The notes beneath the pieces are model-generated. The model saw only the letters and a list, made by a program, of their open reading frames with translations. It was not told the origin of the DNA and did no database searches. The translations under genes and the position numbers were made by a program. A DNA stretch of 64,000 nucleotides from Nannocystales bacterium (GTDB lineage Bacteria > Myxococcota_A > Polyangia > Nannocystales > Nannocystaceae): contig JBOEGF010000014.1 in NCBI GenBank assembly GCA_050633305.1, positions 363,436 through 427,435 of the forward strand. Direction: 5' to 3'. Shown here in pieces: positions 9,964 to 19,725 of the stretch (position 1 is the first letter of the stretch; every line of letters begins with the position of its first letter).

Positions 9964-11868
9964 GTGATTCGCTCCTCCCTCTCGAAGATGGTCTGCGGTG
10001 CGATTGCGATCGCGCTTGCGATCCCGGCCTGCAAGTCACCCGAGCCCTCCGCGCCCTCCAAAGAGAAGGCGCGGGACGGTGAGCCCGAAGTCATCGCGAA
10101 ACCGGTGCTGATGGAGGCAGCGAAAGCCCTGCCGCAGGCCCCCGCGGCGAAGGGGGGGGAGCCCAGTGTCGAGTATGCCGCGGCGCTCGAACCCCTGTTG
10201 GACTTGGTCCCGGGCGCGGACGACCATTACGTTGCGCTGAGAGATCCGGCGGCGGTGTTGCGCCTGTTCGACGCCTTCGTAGGCACGGCGGCACCGTCCG
10301 TCCTCAAGCGCTTCGAAGGAGAGGCAAGTGTGGACGAGGCGCAGGTGGTCTTGGAGGAAATCTCCAAGCTCCGCGACGCCTTGATCGAGGCCAAGGTCGA
10401 CATGGACAAGGGGGTTCTGTTCCTCGAGGGTCCGGGGGTTTTGGTGTACGGGATCGCGTCCGAGGACCCCAGCGCGATCAAGGTGGCGTTGAAGGCCGTG
10501 GGCGTCGAGGACACGGACCTCCCGCCGACGTGCGTAGCGCCGGCCGCGATGCCCGGTTTCGCCGCGTGCGGGGAAGATGAAGCCGTGCTGAAAGCCCTGA
10601 CGCCTGGCAAGCATGGCGCGGCTTACACAGAAGCCTTTCGCGATCGCTTGAAGGGGTTCGACGTCGAACACGGCAATGCGTTGTTTCGTCTGGAGGGGCC
10701 GAAGGGCGCGGTCCTGGCCGCGGCCTCCACCCCGCCCGGGCGCATGCACATCGTGGTCAGCTTGGCCGACGTCGCCGAGGAACTCGGCAAGTACCTCGTC
10801 GCTGCCAAGCCGGACGCGCTCGGGATGTTGAGCCCCGGGGCCGCGTTCATCTGGGGCAAGGTGTCTCTGGACGCGTTTGCGGAGCAGCTCGGTCAGGTGC
10901 CAGGTCCGGTCAAGAACGTGGCCGAGACGCTCACCGGGGAGATGCTCGTGGGTGGTGCGAAGGGGACAGCTGGTGCGGTGTTGGTCGGTGTCAACGACCC
11001 GTTCCCGGCCTCCGGCCTGGTCTCCCTCGCCGCACTTCAGGCGGACACGCTGAAGGCCGAGCTTCCCCCGGGTTCCACGGTGAAGGTGGAGCCCGTCGAC
11101 GTGGGCGGGAGCACCACGCAGGCGCTTCACATCAAGGTTGCCATCGACGAATCCGGCCAGAAGATGGTCGATGCGCTCAAGCTCGAGCCCAGCGCGTACG
11201 GGTTCTCGGCGGGGCAGTATGCGGGCGCGGTCCTCGGAGCAGGCGAGGATGCGGTCAAGACGGTCGCGAACTACAAGCCCGGGGTCGCCTCGATGGACGG
11301 TGTCCCCGGAAACCTTGCGGCAGCCCTTCGCTCTGGCGAGACCGCCGTCGCGTTCTATCTTCCCTTCGATGCGCTGCAAGCATCCGTGGTGCGCGAGACC
11401 CTTCAGGCGGCGGTCGCTTCGGCACCCGGGGCGGAGATCGCCGACCCGAAGCTCATCTCCGCGGCCTATGACGCGGTCAGTCCTCTGTCGTCTTTGTCGA
11501 TGTGGCTGACGCATCCGGAGAAGGAGCGCGTGCTTCACGTCTCGGTTGAGTCCTTTGCAGATGCCACCACGGACGAAGGGAAGGCTGCGTTGCTTGCCTT
11601 GGGCAAGGTCATCGCCGGGGCCGACTCCGCTGAGACCTATGGGGCGCTTGTTTCGAGCTATCCGTCCTCATCGCGTGCACTCCGGTACAAGGTCCGCGCG
11701 GGCCAAGTCGAAGGGGGAGTGGGTCCGGTCGCGATGTCGGCGAGCTTCCTCCTGGGATTGGTCGCTGGGGTTACGGTCCCTGCGTTCATCAAGTACGTCG
11801 AGCGCAGTCGTGCCGCCGGGGAGGAAGCCGCGGCGGTCCGAGAAGCGATGCGCCCACCAGCCGAGTAG
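9964..11868 (+). CDS. Hypothetical lipoprotein with C-terminal pilin-like hydrophobic helix
   Basis: Lipobox IPAC; 634 aa with typical codon usage; C-terminal LLGLVAGVTVPAFIKYVERSR. Confidence 0.75.
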   Translation: MIRSSLSKMVCGAIAIALAIPACKSPEPSAPSKEKARDGEPEVIAKPVLMEAAKALPQAPAAKGGEPSVEYAAALEPLLDLVPGADDHYVALRDPAAVLRLFDAFVGTAAPSVLKRFEGEASVDEAQVVLEEISKLRDALIEAKVDMDKGVLFLEGPGVLVYGIASEDPSAIKVALKAVGVEDTDLPPTCVAPAAMPGFAACGEDEAVLKALTPGKHGAAYTEAFRDRLKGFDVEHGNALFRLEGPKGAVLAAASTPPGRMHIVVSLADVAEELGKYLVAAKPDALGMLSPGAAFIWGKVSLDAFAEQLGQVPGPVKNVAETLTGEMLVGGAKGTAGAVLVGVNDPFPASGLVSLAALQADTLKAELPPGSTVKVEPVDVGGSTTQALHIKVAIDESGQKMVDALKLEPSAYGFSAGQYAGAVLGAGEDAVKTVANYKPGVASMDGVPGNLAAALRSGETAVAFYLPFDALQASVVRETLQAAVASAPGAEIADPKLISAAYDAVSPLSSLSMWLTHPEKERVLHVSVESFADATTDEGKAALLALGKVIAGADSAETYGALVSSYPSSSRALRYKVRAGQVEGGVGPVAMSASFLLGLVAGVTVPAFIKYVERSRAAGEEAAAVREAMRPPAE

Positions 11869-11874
11869 TTCGCC

Positions 11875-13026
11875 ATGTCCGATCGTCAGTTCGACACTCA
11901 GTTGATTCACGCAGGTGAGCCCGAGCCCCGGATCGAGGGCGCGGTCTCCATGCCGATCTTTCAAACCTCCACGTTCGAGAGCGGGGAGGCTGGGGCGGAA
12001 CATGAGCTTCGCTACTTGCGCCTGAACAACTCGCCCAACCATCTGGCTCTACACGCCAAGCTCGCGGCAATCGAAGGAGCCGAGGCCGCTGTGGTCACGG
12101 CCAGCGGCATGGCAGCGATCTCGACAGCACTGCTTTCGGTGCTCAGGCCAGGCGACCATGTCGTCGCTCAGTCCACGCTCTATGGCGGGACACATTCGTT
12201 GTTCATGGAGGACTTGGCGGCGCTCGGCATCGAGGTCTCACTCTTCGCGTGCGACTCGGCCGCACAGGCAGAGGCGGCGATTCGCCCGAACACGAAGGTG
12301 CTGTACTGCGAGTCTCTCGCCAACCCCCTGGTTCAGCTTGCCACGCTCCCAGAGCTCGCAGCGTTGGCGGCAAAACACGGCTTGGTCTCGATGGTGGACA
12401 ACACTTTTGCGAGCCCGGTCAATCTTCGTCCGGTCGAGTTCGGGTTCGACCTGGTGTTGCATTCTGCAACGAAGTACCTCAACGGGCATTCAGACTTGGT
12501 CGCGGGAGCCATCGCGGGTCGTGGCGCTCTCGTCGACCTCGCGCATCGAAAACTCGATCATCTGGGCGCATGTCTCGACCCCCACGCGTGCTTCTTGCTG
12601 CATCGCGGGTTGAAGACACTCGGCGTTCGTGTGCGCCACCAAAATGCGTCCGCGCTGGTGCTCGCTGAGGCCCTCGAGGAGCACCCGAATGTGGCCCGTG
12701 TGCACTATCCGGGGCTGAAGTCGCATCCGCACCACGTTCGCGCCTGCGAGCAGCTACAGGGGTTTGGCGGCATGCTCAGCTTCGAGGTCGAGGGTGGTGG
12801 TGAGGCCGCGACACGGCTGGTCCGAGGGCTCTCGCTGGCCGTCAACGCGCCCAGCCTTGGGGGACCGGAGACGCTGGTGACGAGGCCTTGCGAGACGTCG
12901 CACAAGGGAATGACGGCGCGTGATCGGGAAGCCGCCGGCGTTGGCGAGGCGCTCATTCGAGTGTCGGTCGGGCTCGAAGATCCTCAGGACATTGTGTCCG
13001 ATTTTGTCGCGACCCTGGGAGCGTGA
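11875..13026 (+). CDS. PLP-dependent trans-sulfuration enzyme (cystathionine gamma-synthase/lyase, methionine gamma-lyase family)
   Basis: PIFQTSTF, ASGMAAI, VDNTFASP, HSATKYLNGHSD (PLP lysine), SLGGPETL, IRVSVGLED. Confidence 0.95.
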   Translation: MSDRQFDTQLIHAGEPEPRIEGAVSMPIFQTSTFESGEAGAEHELRYLRLNNSPNHLALHAKLAAIEGAEAAVVTASGMAAISTALLSVLRPGDHVVAQSTLYGGTHSLFMEDLAALGIEVSLFACDSAAQAEAAIRPNTKVLYCESLANPLVQLATLPELAALAAKHGLVSMVDNTFASPVNLRPVEFGFDLVLHSATKYLNGHSDLVAGAIAGRGALVDLAHRKLDHLGACLDPHACFLLHRGLKTLGVRVRHQNASALVLAEALEEHPNVARVHYPGLKSHPHHVRACEQLQGFGGMLSFEVEGGGEAATRLVRGLSLAVNAPSLGGPETLVTRPCETSHKGMTARDREAAGVGEALIRVSVGLEDPQDIVSDFVATLGA

Positions 13027-13122
13027 CGGGAATCTCAGCTGTGTCCGCGCCGATGGTGCGCCGTGACACAGGACCCCTCGTTGGGTGCTTGGACTTCGGT
13101 CAGTCCCGGCCTAAAAAGCCGC

Positions 13123-13650
13123 ATGCGATCTCGACGACTGGTTCTCGGCACCCTGGTCTCACTTCTTGCGTTGCCAGCTCCGGGCTGTGGCTTGTTCCGC
13201 GGGCGTCGGGGCAAGGGGGAGACGAGCGTCTCTACCAGTGTGTCGGTGGCGCAGACGGGGCGGGACATCAACACGCTGACCCGAGATGAATACGAAGTCC
13301 TCGGCAGCACCGCCGGAGAATCGAAGGCCACGCGATGGTTCTTCTTGTCGCTGCCCGTGGGCGGGCAGACCAGCGCCGCTGAAGTCGAGGAAAACGCGTA
13401 CTACAACGCCGTTGGCAAGGTCACCGGATGCGACGCACTGCTGATGGCGCACCCGAAGCATCGGCGCGTGATCGTGCCGCTGCTGATCATCAACGTGGTC
13501 CGCTACGAGGCGTCGGTCCGCGGGCGTTGTGTCTCGCTCAAGAACGACCCCCAGATCGCTGGTGACGCGCCACCGACCCGTGAGGTGTCGAAGGTGGAGG
13601 CGGCGGCACCCGTGCAGCCAGCGGCACCCGTGCAACCGGCCGAGCCCTAG
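13123..13650 (+). CDS. Small lipoprotein (TRL-like / DUF6567-like)
   Basis: MRSRRLVLGTLVSLLALPAPGC lipobox; G-x-S...FFL...A..NA....CDAL pattern; Pro-rich tail. Confidence 0.6.
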   Translation: MRSRRLVLGTLVSLLALPAPGCGLFRGRRGKGETSVSTSVSVAQTGRDINTLTRDEYEVLGSTAGESKATRWFFLSLPVGGQTSAAEVEENAYYNAVGKVTGCDALLMAHPKHRRVIVPLLIINVVRYEASVRGRCVSLKNDPQIAGDAPPTREVSKVEAAAPVQPAAPVQPAEP

Positions 13651-13701
13651 ACTGGGGGCTGAGCGTGGAATGAGCGGCTTGCTCGGTGCGTCATCTTGTC
13701 G

Positions 13702-14625
13702 ATGCGACGAACCGCTCTCATCTTGGCTGTCCTTGGATGCGGGTGTACGGAAGCTCTGACGGCCGAAGAACTCGCGTTCCACGAGGCTGAGGCGGACTAC
13801 GGCGCGGTGGAGTTCGTGCCCGATGTCGCCGTCGAACTCGAAGCCGGCCCGCCTGCGCCACGGGTGCTCGAGCGCGGGCCTGTCCATATCGAGATCTCGT
13901 CGTACCGGTTTGATGAGGACCCCACGTGGGCTGATGGAACCGCGCGCTGTCCATTCGATGTCCGCGCCGTGGGCTTGCCCGCGATCCGTGAAGATGGACA
14001 GTCGATCGCAACCCTCAGCAGTGAGACCTCCGGGCCGTCCGAGGGGGAGGACGAACTCGTCTCGTTCCGGGTGTTCGACATTGAGACTGAGGAATTCTCC
14101 GAGGACCAATCGCTCGTCGAGGGATCAGGGGACCGCAAACCCTACGACTGTTGGCGTTGGTACAAAGCTGCCAAGGCGAGCGCCGCGGAGGTCAACGACA
14201 CGCTGGCACAGGGGTGGCGACCCATGCATCCGCTCCCTGTGGAGGTCGATCCTCGTCTTGCGCCGTATGGGGACGATGGCCGCACCTCGCAGCGCCCATC
14301 GCCCCACTCGCGCCCCGTGCAGTTGACAGTGTTGCAGGGCCAGGCCGTCTTCCGGGTGCCGGGTGTGAAGGTGCTCTCCCGGAACGAGGATAGATGGCCG
14401 CGGCCGCAGGATGACGCTCCGGACGAGGGAATGTGCTGGTACCACGGCCCCAACCCCGAGGAGATTTTCGCGGATGCCGAGACCGGCGTTGCACTCGTCT
14501 CGGTTCGCTACGAGTCGGGTCCCTGCATGTGCGACTCGCCGGTCTACAGCGAGGTCATTCACATCGATGCGGCGACGCTCTCCGAGATCGATTCGCGGGC
14601 CCAGTGGGTGTCGAGCGAAGGCTGA
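13702..14625 (+). CDS. Hypothetical lipoprotein
   Basis: MRRTALILAVLGC lipobox; coding-like composition; no recognisable domain. Confidence 0.65.
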   Translation: MRRTALILAVLGCGCTEALTAEELAFHEAEADYGAVEFVPDVAVELEAGPPAPRVLERGPVHIEISSYRFDEDPTWADGTARCPFDVRAVGLPAIREDGQSIATLSSETSGPSEGEDELVSFRVFDIETEEFSEDQSLVEGSGDRKPYDCWRWYKAAKASAAEVNDTLAQGWRPMHPLPVEVDPRLAPYGDDGRTSQRPSPHSRPVQLTVLQGQAVFRVPGVKVLSRNEDRWPRPQDDAPDEGMCWYHGPNPEEIFADAETGVALVSVRYESGPCMCDSPVYSEVIHIDAATLSEIDSRAQWVSSEG

Positions 14626-14628
14626 GCG

Positions 14629-15276
14629 TCACGGGTCGGGGGTCGTGCAGGCATCGTCGGTTTGCGACCCAAAGAGTCCCGAGCGGAGGAAGAGGTCGAG
14701 ACGGTCGACCGTCGAGAGTCCCAGGAGCTTGGCGTCGTTCCTCGATACGAGACACGGGATACGGTTGAACTGTGCCGCCCGCCATTCGGCGGTCCATCCC
14801 GATGCGTGTGCCGCGTAGGCCGAGCCGTTCAGCGTCTCTCGAATCCCACACGCGGACGCGAGCCCACCGAGGACTGCGCCGTCGGCGATGTTGCGACCCT
14901 CGAGCCACAGCGCACGGAAAACAGCGAGGCGCAACTGGTCGGCAGCGGCGGGAGCGATGTGGCTTGCTGCGATGCACGCCCGAATCGCGGGTCCGCTTTG
15001 CGGGCGAAACGGTGGTTTCCGAATCGGGACGTCGGGCGCCCGTACGACCAGCGCTGCGAGTTCCTGCGCGAGTTCTTGCTGCTCCTGTTCTGTCGCCTCT
15101 TCGAGCGTTGCCGGGAGTTCAGGTGCGTGTTCCACGAGGCGCCACTCCACGCGGGCATCGGCCGTACGCGTGGTCAGCCGCTCTTCGAGCGCGTAGCAGA
15201 AAGGACAGTTGAAGTCTCCGTACGCCACCAGCGGCCGAACATCGGCGGCAGGGAAGGGGCTCGGAGGTTCTTCCAT
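14629..15276 (-). CDS. DsbA family (FrnE/HCCA isomerase-like) thioredoxin-fold protein
   Basis: YGDFNCPFCY CxxC motif; FRALWLEGRNIAD; TAAGCT box 6 nt upstream of ATG. Confidence 0.85.
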   Translation of the reverse strand: MEEPPSPFPAADVRPLVAYGDFNCPFCYALEERLTTRTADARVEWRLVEHAPELPATLEEATEQEQQELAQELAALVVRAPDVPIRKPPFRPQSGPAIRACIAASHIAPAAADQLRLAVFRALWLEGRNIADGAVLGGLASACGIRETLNGSAYAAHASGWTAEWRAAQFNRIPCLVSRNDAKLLGLSTVDRLDLFLRSGLFGSQTDDACTTPDP

Positions 15277-15324
15277 CCCGCGAGCTTAGCTGAGAACGTT
15301 CGGGACCGACAGGCGAACAGGTGC

Positions 15325-16041
15325 TCAAGATGCCGAGGCGAGCACGCGTTGCCGCATCATCGGGGCGAGGGCTTCTGCGAGCCGCGCTTTCGCGTCGCGG
15401 TCGACCACGCGTCCGTGGGCCATGATGACGCGCTCGATCGGCCACTGCAGCATCTGTTCAACACTGTTCGACGCAGCGTCCGCATCCTTGATCGCGCGGC
15501 GAAGCAGACGGCTCTGGGCGAAGCGACGGTAGGCGCCGGCCATTCGGAAAACCCACGGCGAGATCCAGCCGCGGACATCATGAACGTTGAACACGAGGTC
15601 GGTGACCACCAGGCTCTTCGTGGCGGCGTGGAAGAACACGGTCTCGGTCGCCCACGGGATCCCCTGGATCTGAAGGGGCGCGAATTCCGTTGCCCACGGA
15701 GGCGTCGTGTCGCCGAGCGTGCGCTCGAAGCGGACGTCTGTTCGCTTCTTTGCGAGGCCCCGGACGCCCCAGACAGTTGCCATCGGGTACCGTTCGATGA
15801 CAGGTCCGAGATGCGTGTGGTGCAGGAGGTTGGGCGCGACGATGTGCTCGACGGGGCCGAGCGCCGCGAGTTCGGCAGCGAGTGTGTCGTCGATTGGAAC
15901 GACGGAGTGTAGGAGCAGCCCTCCCGACTCCAGCCGCACCACGGTCATCCGTCCCCGAAAGTGAACGACGCCGTTCATGAAGTGGTCGTGCTCGGCTCCC
16001 CAGAGACCCTCCGCCAGCGGTTCTAGACCTGTCTTGTCCAT
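15325..16041 (-). CDS. DUF4336 domain protein (metallo-beta-lactamase-like fold)
   Basis: RMTVVRL, HIVAPNLLHH, ETVFFH...TDL, RVIMAHG motifs. Confidence 0.85.
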   Translation of the reverse strand: MDKTGLEPLAEGLWGAEHDHFMNGVVHFRGRMTVVRLESGGLLLHSVVPIDDTLAAELAALGPVEHIVAPNLLHHTHLGPVIERYPMATVWGVRGLAKKRTDVRFERTLGDTTPPWATEFAPLQIQGIPWATETVFFHAATKSLVVTDLVFNVHDVRGWISPWVFRMAGAYRRFAQSRLLRRAIKDADAASNSVEQMLQWPIERVIMAHGRVVDRDAKARLAEALAPMMRQRVLASAS

Positions 16042-16050
16042 CTCGAGAGG

Positions 16051-16092
16051 TAGTCAAGCATGCTTGACTAAATAGTCAAGTCTGGTTGACCA
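16051..16092. promoter_or_regulatory. Tandem palindromic operator (probable MarR binding sites)
   Basis: Perfect 20-bp palindrome TAGTCAAGCATGCTTGACTA (16051-16070) and imperfect copy TAGTCAAGTCTGGTTGACCA (16073-16092) in the 58-bp gap between divergent DUF4336 and marR-type genes. Confidence 0.85.
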
Positions 16093-16099
16093 TGTTGTT

Positions 16100-16570
16100 G
16101 TGCCGGTCGATCCGAAGGACATCGCGGAACTCGAGGCCCAGAAGCGGGCGAGTCTTGGGCAGGTGTTGATCAAGGCTGCGCGACTCCTCAACGAGCAGGC
16201 GATGGCCCGTGTTCGGGAGCTGACCTGGCAGGACGTTCGACCGGCACACACGACGTTGTTTCCCCACATCGACCTCGAGGGCACCCGGATCACCGATATC
16301 GCGCAGCGGATGGGGCTGAGCAAGCAGGCGGTCGGACAACTCGTCACTGAACTCGAGTCGATGGACATCTTGGAGCGGGTTCCGGATCCGACGGATGGCC
16401 GCGCCAAGCTGGTGCGTTTTGCTCAACGCAATGGTCGCCTGATCCTGCTCGACGGTCTGGCGGTGCTCGCCGAGTTCGAAGCGGGGCTGGTCAAGGAACT
16501 CGGATCGAAACGCATCGACTCGTTGCGGGAGAACCTTGGCGCGCTGCTCGATGTGCTCGAGGCGCGCTGA
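16100..16570 (+). CDS. MarR family winged-helix transcriptional regulator
   Basis: GTRITDIAQRMGLSKQAVGQLVTELE...LERVPDPTDGRAKLV. Confidence 0.92.
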   Translation: MPVDPKDIAELEAQKRASLGQVLIKAARLLNEQAMARVRELTWQDVRPAHTTLFPHIDLEGTRITDIAQRMGLSKQAVGQLVTELESMDILERVPDPTDGRAKLVRFAQRNGRLILLDGLAVLAEFEAGLVKELGSKRIDSLRENLGALLDVLEAR

Positions 16571-16580
16571 GCTGTGGCCC

Positions 16581-19500
16581 CTACGGGAGATCCGCGAGCT
16601 CGCGCGCCAACGTACGGTCGTCGTCATACGAGGCGTCGGTGTTCTGGAGCGCGGAGAGCGCTCGCTGGGCCCACTGTTTTGAGGCCTCGGCGTCCCCTGC
16701 GATCTCGGCCTCGGCGAGTGCGAGATAGAGGTCTGCGGTCAGGGCAGGCACGAGCTGGTTCGCAACGTCGGGCTCGTCGATCAGCGCATGCGCCTCGAGG
16801 GCTGTAGCCTTTGCCTCCGCTGGGGCTCCGACCGCGACCAGGACGCGGGCGGCTTCTCCCCATTCCTCCGCCCGGAGCGCAGGGGACACGGGCGCGTCTC
16901 GAACGAGGACCACGGATGCTCGAGCATGCTGCAACGCGTTGGCGAGGTCGCTCTGGTCGAGGGCGAGCCACGCCTTCACCGTCAGAGCTTTGGCGCGGGT
17001 GAGGGGGTCGGAGGTCTCTTCGTCGAGCAAGGTGAGCGCGCGACCGACTGCCTCGCGCCCTTGTTGCACGGCTCCCGCGGCCCGATGCATGCGCGCGAGT
17101 TCGATGAGGACGCCGGCCTCTTCGTTCGGGTGTCCCTCGAACGCCGCGAGCGCGGCGTGGAGTGGTTCGGCAGCGGCATCGAGGAGACCGAGCCGCACCT
17201 GGCATGCTCCGAGCATCCAGCGAGCGATGCCGACGCGCGGGTCCTGCTCGGAGCGCCTTGCGAGCGCACTCTGGACGGTGGTGAGCAAGGGGAGGGCTTC
17301 GGCGCAGCGCCCGTTGGAGACACGCGAACGGCCCAGGTTCATGCGGGCGGTCAGGGCAAGCGTGTCGTCGGGGCTGACCACCTTGGCAAAGATCTCGACG
17401 GCTTCCGCGTAGAATCGCTCCGCCGCAGCTTCGTCGCCAAGGGCCTGGTTCGCTTGTCCAAGCGACGTGAGGGAGGACGCGACGTCTCGATGCTCGCGGC
17501 CGTAGGTCTCGGTGAAAATGTCCGCGGCGCGCTCGAAGTGCTTCGCGGCCTCGGCGGGTCGTTGGTGCATCCCCTGCGCGATGCCAAGCGAGGAGTGCAC
17601 ATGCGCGACGTCGGGGTGCCAGGGTCCGAAATGCTCGAGGCGCACACGCAACGAGTGCTCGATGAGTTCGATGGCGCGATCGAGCTCTCCCTGGCGGATG
17701 AGGACCCGAGCGAGGTGTTGCTCGGATGCGACGGTTTGCGGGTGCTCGGGTCCCCACGTGGCGACCGCGAGACGGTGGCTCTCCGTGAAGTGGACCTGCG
17801 CGGTATCGAAGTCGCCCCGAGCGAACGCGACCCTTGCCCTCGCGCCCTCGAGTTCGGAACGCTCGTCGCCGCTCAGCCGGGCGCGGGAGCTCAACACGGT
17901 GGCGGGTTTGAGCCACCGCTCGGCCTCCTCGAGTTCCCCCGTGCTCGCCAAACCGAACGCGAGTGAACTTGCGACCTGAGCGGCGAGCGCATCGTCCCCG
18001 TGCTCGAGCGCCATCCAGTACGCCTTCGAGAGGGTTGCGGTGGAGTGCTCCGGGCCCTCGAGTTGGCGTTGCGTTTTGCCGATCGCAGCGAGTGCCTGCA
18101 TCTCGACGAGGGGGAGTTCTTGGGCCTGTGCCTCTTTCAGCACTTGCTGGAAGGTCTCCGCAGCTTTTGCTGGTTGCCCGGCCCTCAACACACCCAGCGC
18201 GCGTCCGAGCTTTTTCATCAGGGGTCGGGAGTCCAGGGCGACGGTCTGAGGACGGTCGACGCAGACCTCGAGTGGTCCGAGGGCCCGGGCTAACGAAAAC
18301 GGCGAGACCACGAGATCGCGGGTGGTTTCGGAGTAGACATCCAGCACCCCCGCAAAGCGGGCGAGACGGTCCTCGAAACACGCCGACTGTGCTTCGTAGA
18401 TTTGGCTGTCGAGCGTCCGGTCGACACGAGCGGCGCGGCAACTGGCCACGGCGGCCGTCTTCCAGTCCCGCACGTAGGCATCCGCATCCCGGGAGAAGCG
18501 TTGCCAGCTTTGCTCCGCCCCGGCCCAGTCCACGGCGAGAAACCCCCGCGCCAGGGTCTGGCGCCGGGCGTCGTCCCAAACATCGTCGGCCGGCGCGACG
18601 ACATCGTCACATCGCGAGGCGCGTTCGAGGCCGTACGCGGCGAACATTGCCCCTGCACCGACGAGTGCGAGGGCTCCGACCGCGAGTCGCCGTCGGCGTT
18701 GGACGGGGTTGCGGGCCAGGGTGTCGACGAGTGTCGCCATGTCCGCAAATCGAGCGGTGCGCTCCGAGTTCAGCCCGCGCTTCAGTGCGGCGGCCACGGA
18801 TCGCATCTGCGATGTCGCCCCCGCGGGAACGGCCATGTCGGCCTCGGGCTCCGGGCGAGCGCCGAACAGGGCCTCCCAGGCGGTCACACAGAACGCGTAC
18901 TGGTCGGCGAGCGCATCCGCGGCTTGGCCGTCTCGCTGTTCGGGGGCCATGTACGCGGGGGTGCCAAGCACGGCGCCGGTTTGGGTGACCGACGCGGACG
19001 CTTCGGGCTCAGCTTCGCGTGACTCGAGCAGGTCGGGCGACACGCCAATCCGCGCCAGTCCGAAGTCCGCCACGCGAACTCGTCCGTCGTTTCCGACGAG
19101 AACGTTGGCGGGTTTGAAGTCGCGGTGCACCACGCCTGCCCGGTGTGCGGCGGACAGACCTCGGCCGGCTTGGAACAGGAGCTCGAGTGTTTCGGAGAAC
19201 CGGGAAGTGGCGTCGGGTCGCTGCGTCAACCAGGCCGCGAGGTCCGCTCCGTCGACCATCTCCATCGCGACGAACATCTGTCCGTGGGCTTCTCCGACCT
19301 CATGGACCGACACCACGTTGGGATGGTTGAGCTTGGCGAGGGTCTTTGCCTCGCGATCGAAACGGGCCCGTGCTCGGGGGTCACGCTCGTTGGCCTGGGT
19401 CCGCAGGACCTTGATGGCGACGCTCCGGTCGAGCTGCGGGTCGTACGCGCGTACGACCGTCCCCATCGCCCCGGAGCCCATTCGGTCGAGGACGACGAAT

Positions 19501-19631
19501 CTTCCCAGCTGCGCAGGTTGCGACTCTTCTTCGAACAACCCTCTGGAGATCCGGGCCAACTGAAGGTCGGTCTCGAGACCGTCAGCGGGCTCACTCGGCG
19601 AAGCGTCGCCACGCTCGTCGAACTCAGACAC
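16581..19631 (-). CDS. Membrane Ser/Thr protein kinase with extracytoplasmic TPR repeats (K2)
   Basis: GSGAMG, VAIK, HRDFKPAN, DFG, GTPAYMAPE; TM helix; GPEHPQT/GPWHPDV TPR repeats. Confidence 0.95.
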   Translation of the reverse strand: MSEFDERGDASPSEPADGLETDLQLARISRGLFEEESQPAQLGRFVVLDRMGSGAMGTVVRAYDPQLDRSVAIKVLRTQANERDPRARARFDREAKTLAKLNHPNVVSVHEVGEAHGQMFVAMEMVDGADLAAWLTQRPDATSRFSETLELLFQAGRGLSAAHRAGVVHRDFKPANVLVGNDGRVRVADFGLARIGVSPDLLESREAEPEASASVTQTGAVLGTPAYMAPEQRDGQAADALADQYAFCVTAWEALFGARPEPEADMAVPAGATSQMRSVAAALKRGLNSERTARFADMATLVDTLARNPVQRRRRLAVGALALVGAGAMFAAYGLERASRCDDVVAPADDVWDDARRQTLARGFLAVDWAGAEQSWQRFSRDADAYVRDWKTAAVASCRAARVDRTLDSQIYEAQSACFEDRLARFAGVLDVYSETTRDLVVSPFSLARALGPLEVCVDRPQTVALDSRPLMKKLGRALGVLRAGQPAKAAETFQQVLKEAQAQELPLVEMQALAAIGKTQRQLEGPEHSTATLSKAYWMALEHGDDALAAQVASSLAFGLASTGELEEAERWLKPATVLSSRARLSGDERSELEGARARVAFARGDFDTAQVHFTESHRLAVATWGPEHPQTVASEQHLARVLIRQGELDRAIELIEHSLRVRLEHFGPWHPDVAHVHSSLGIAQGMHQRPAEAAKHFERAADIFTETYGREHRDVASSLTSLGQANQALGDEAAAERFYAEAVEIFAKVVSPDDTLALTARMNLGRSRVSNGRCAEALPLLTTVQSALARRSEQDPRVGIARWMLGACQVRLGLLDAAAEPLHAALAAFEGHPNEEAGVLIELARMHRAAGAVQQGREAVGRALTLLDEETSDPLTRAKALTVKAWLALDQSDLANALQHARASVVLVRDAPVSPALRAEEWGEAARVLVAVGAPAEAKATALEAHALIDEPDVANQLVPALTADLYLALAEAEIAGDAEASKQWAQRALSALQNTDASYDDDRTLARELADLP

Positions 19632-19725
19632 ATTTCTGCGGTAGCACCGGGATGGACGAACTCCAAGCTAGACCCGACGATTGCCGTGCTGTACGGCACC
19701 CGCTACGTTCCCTGTCTCTTCGAAG

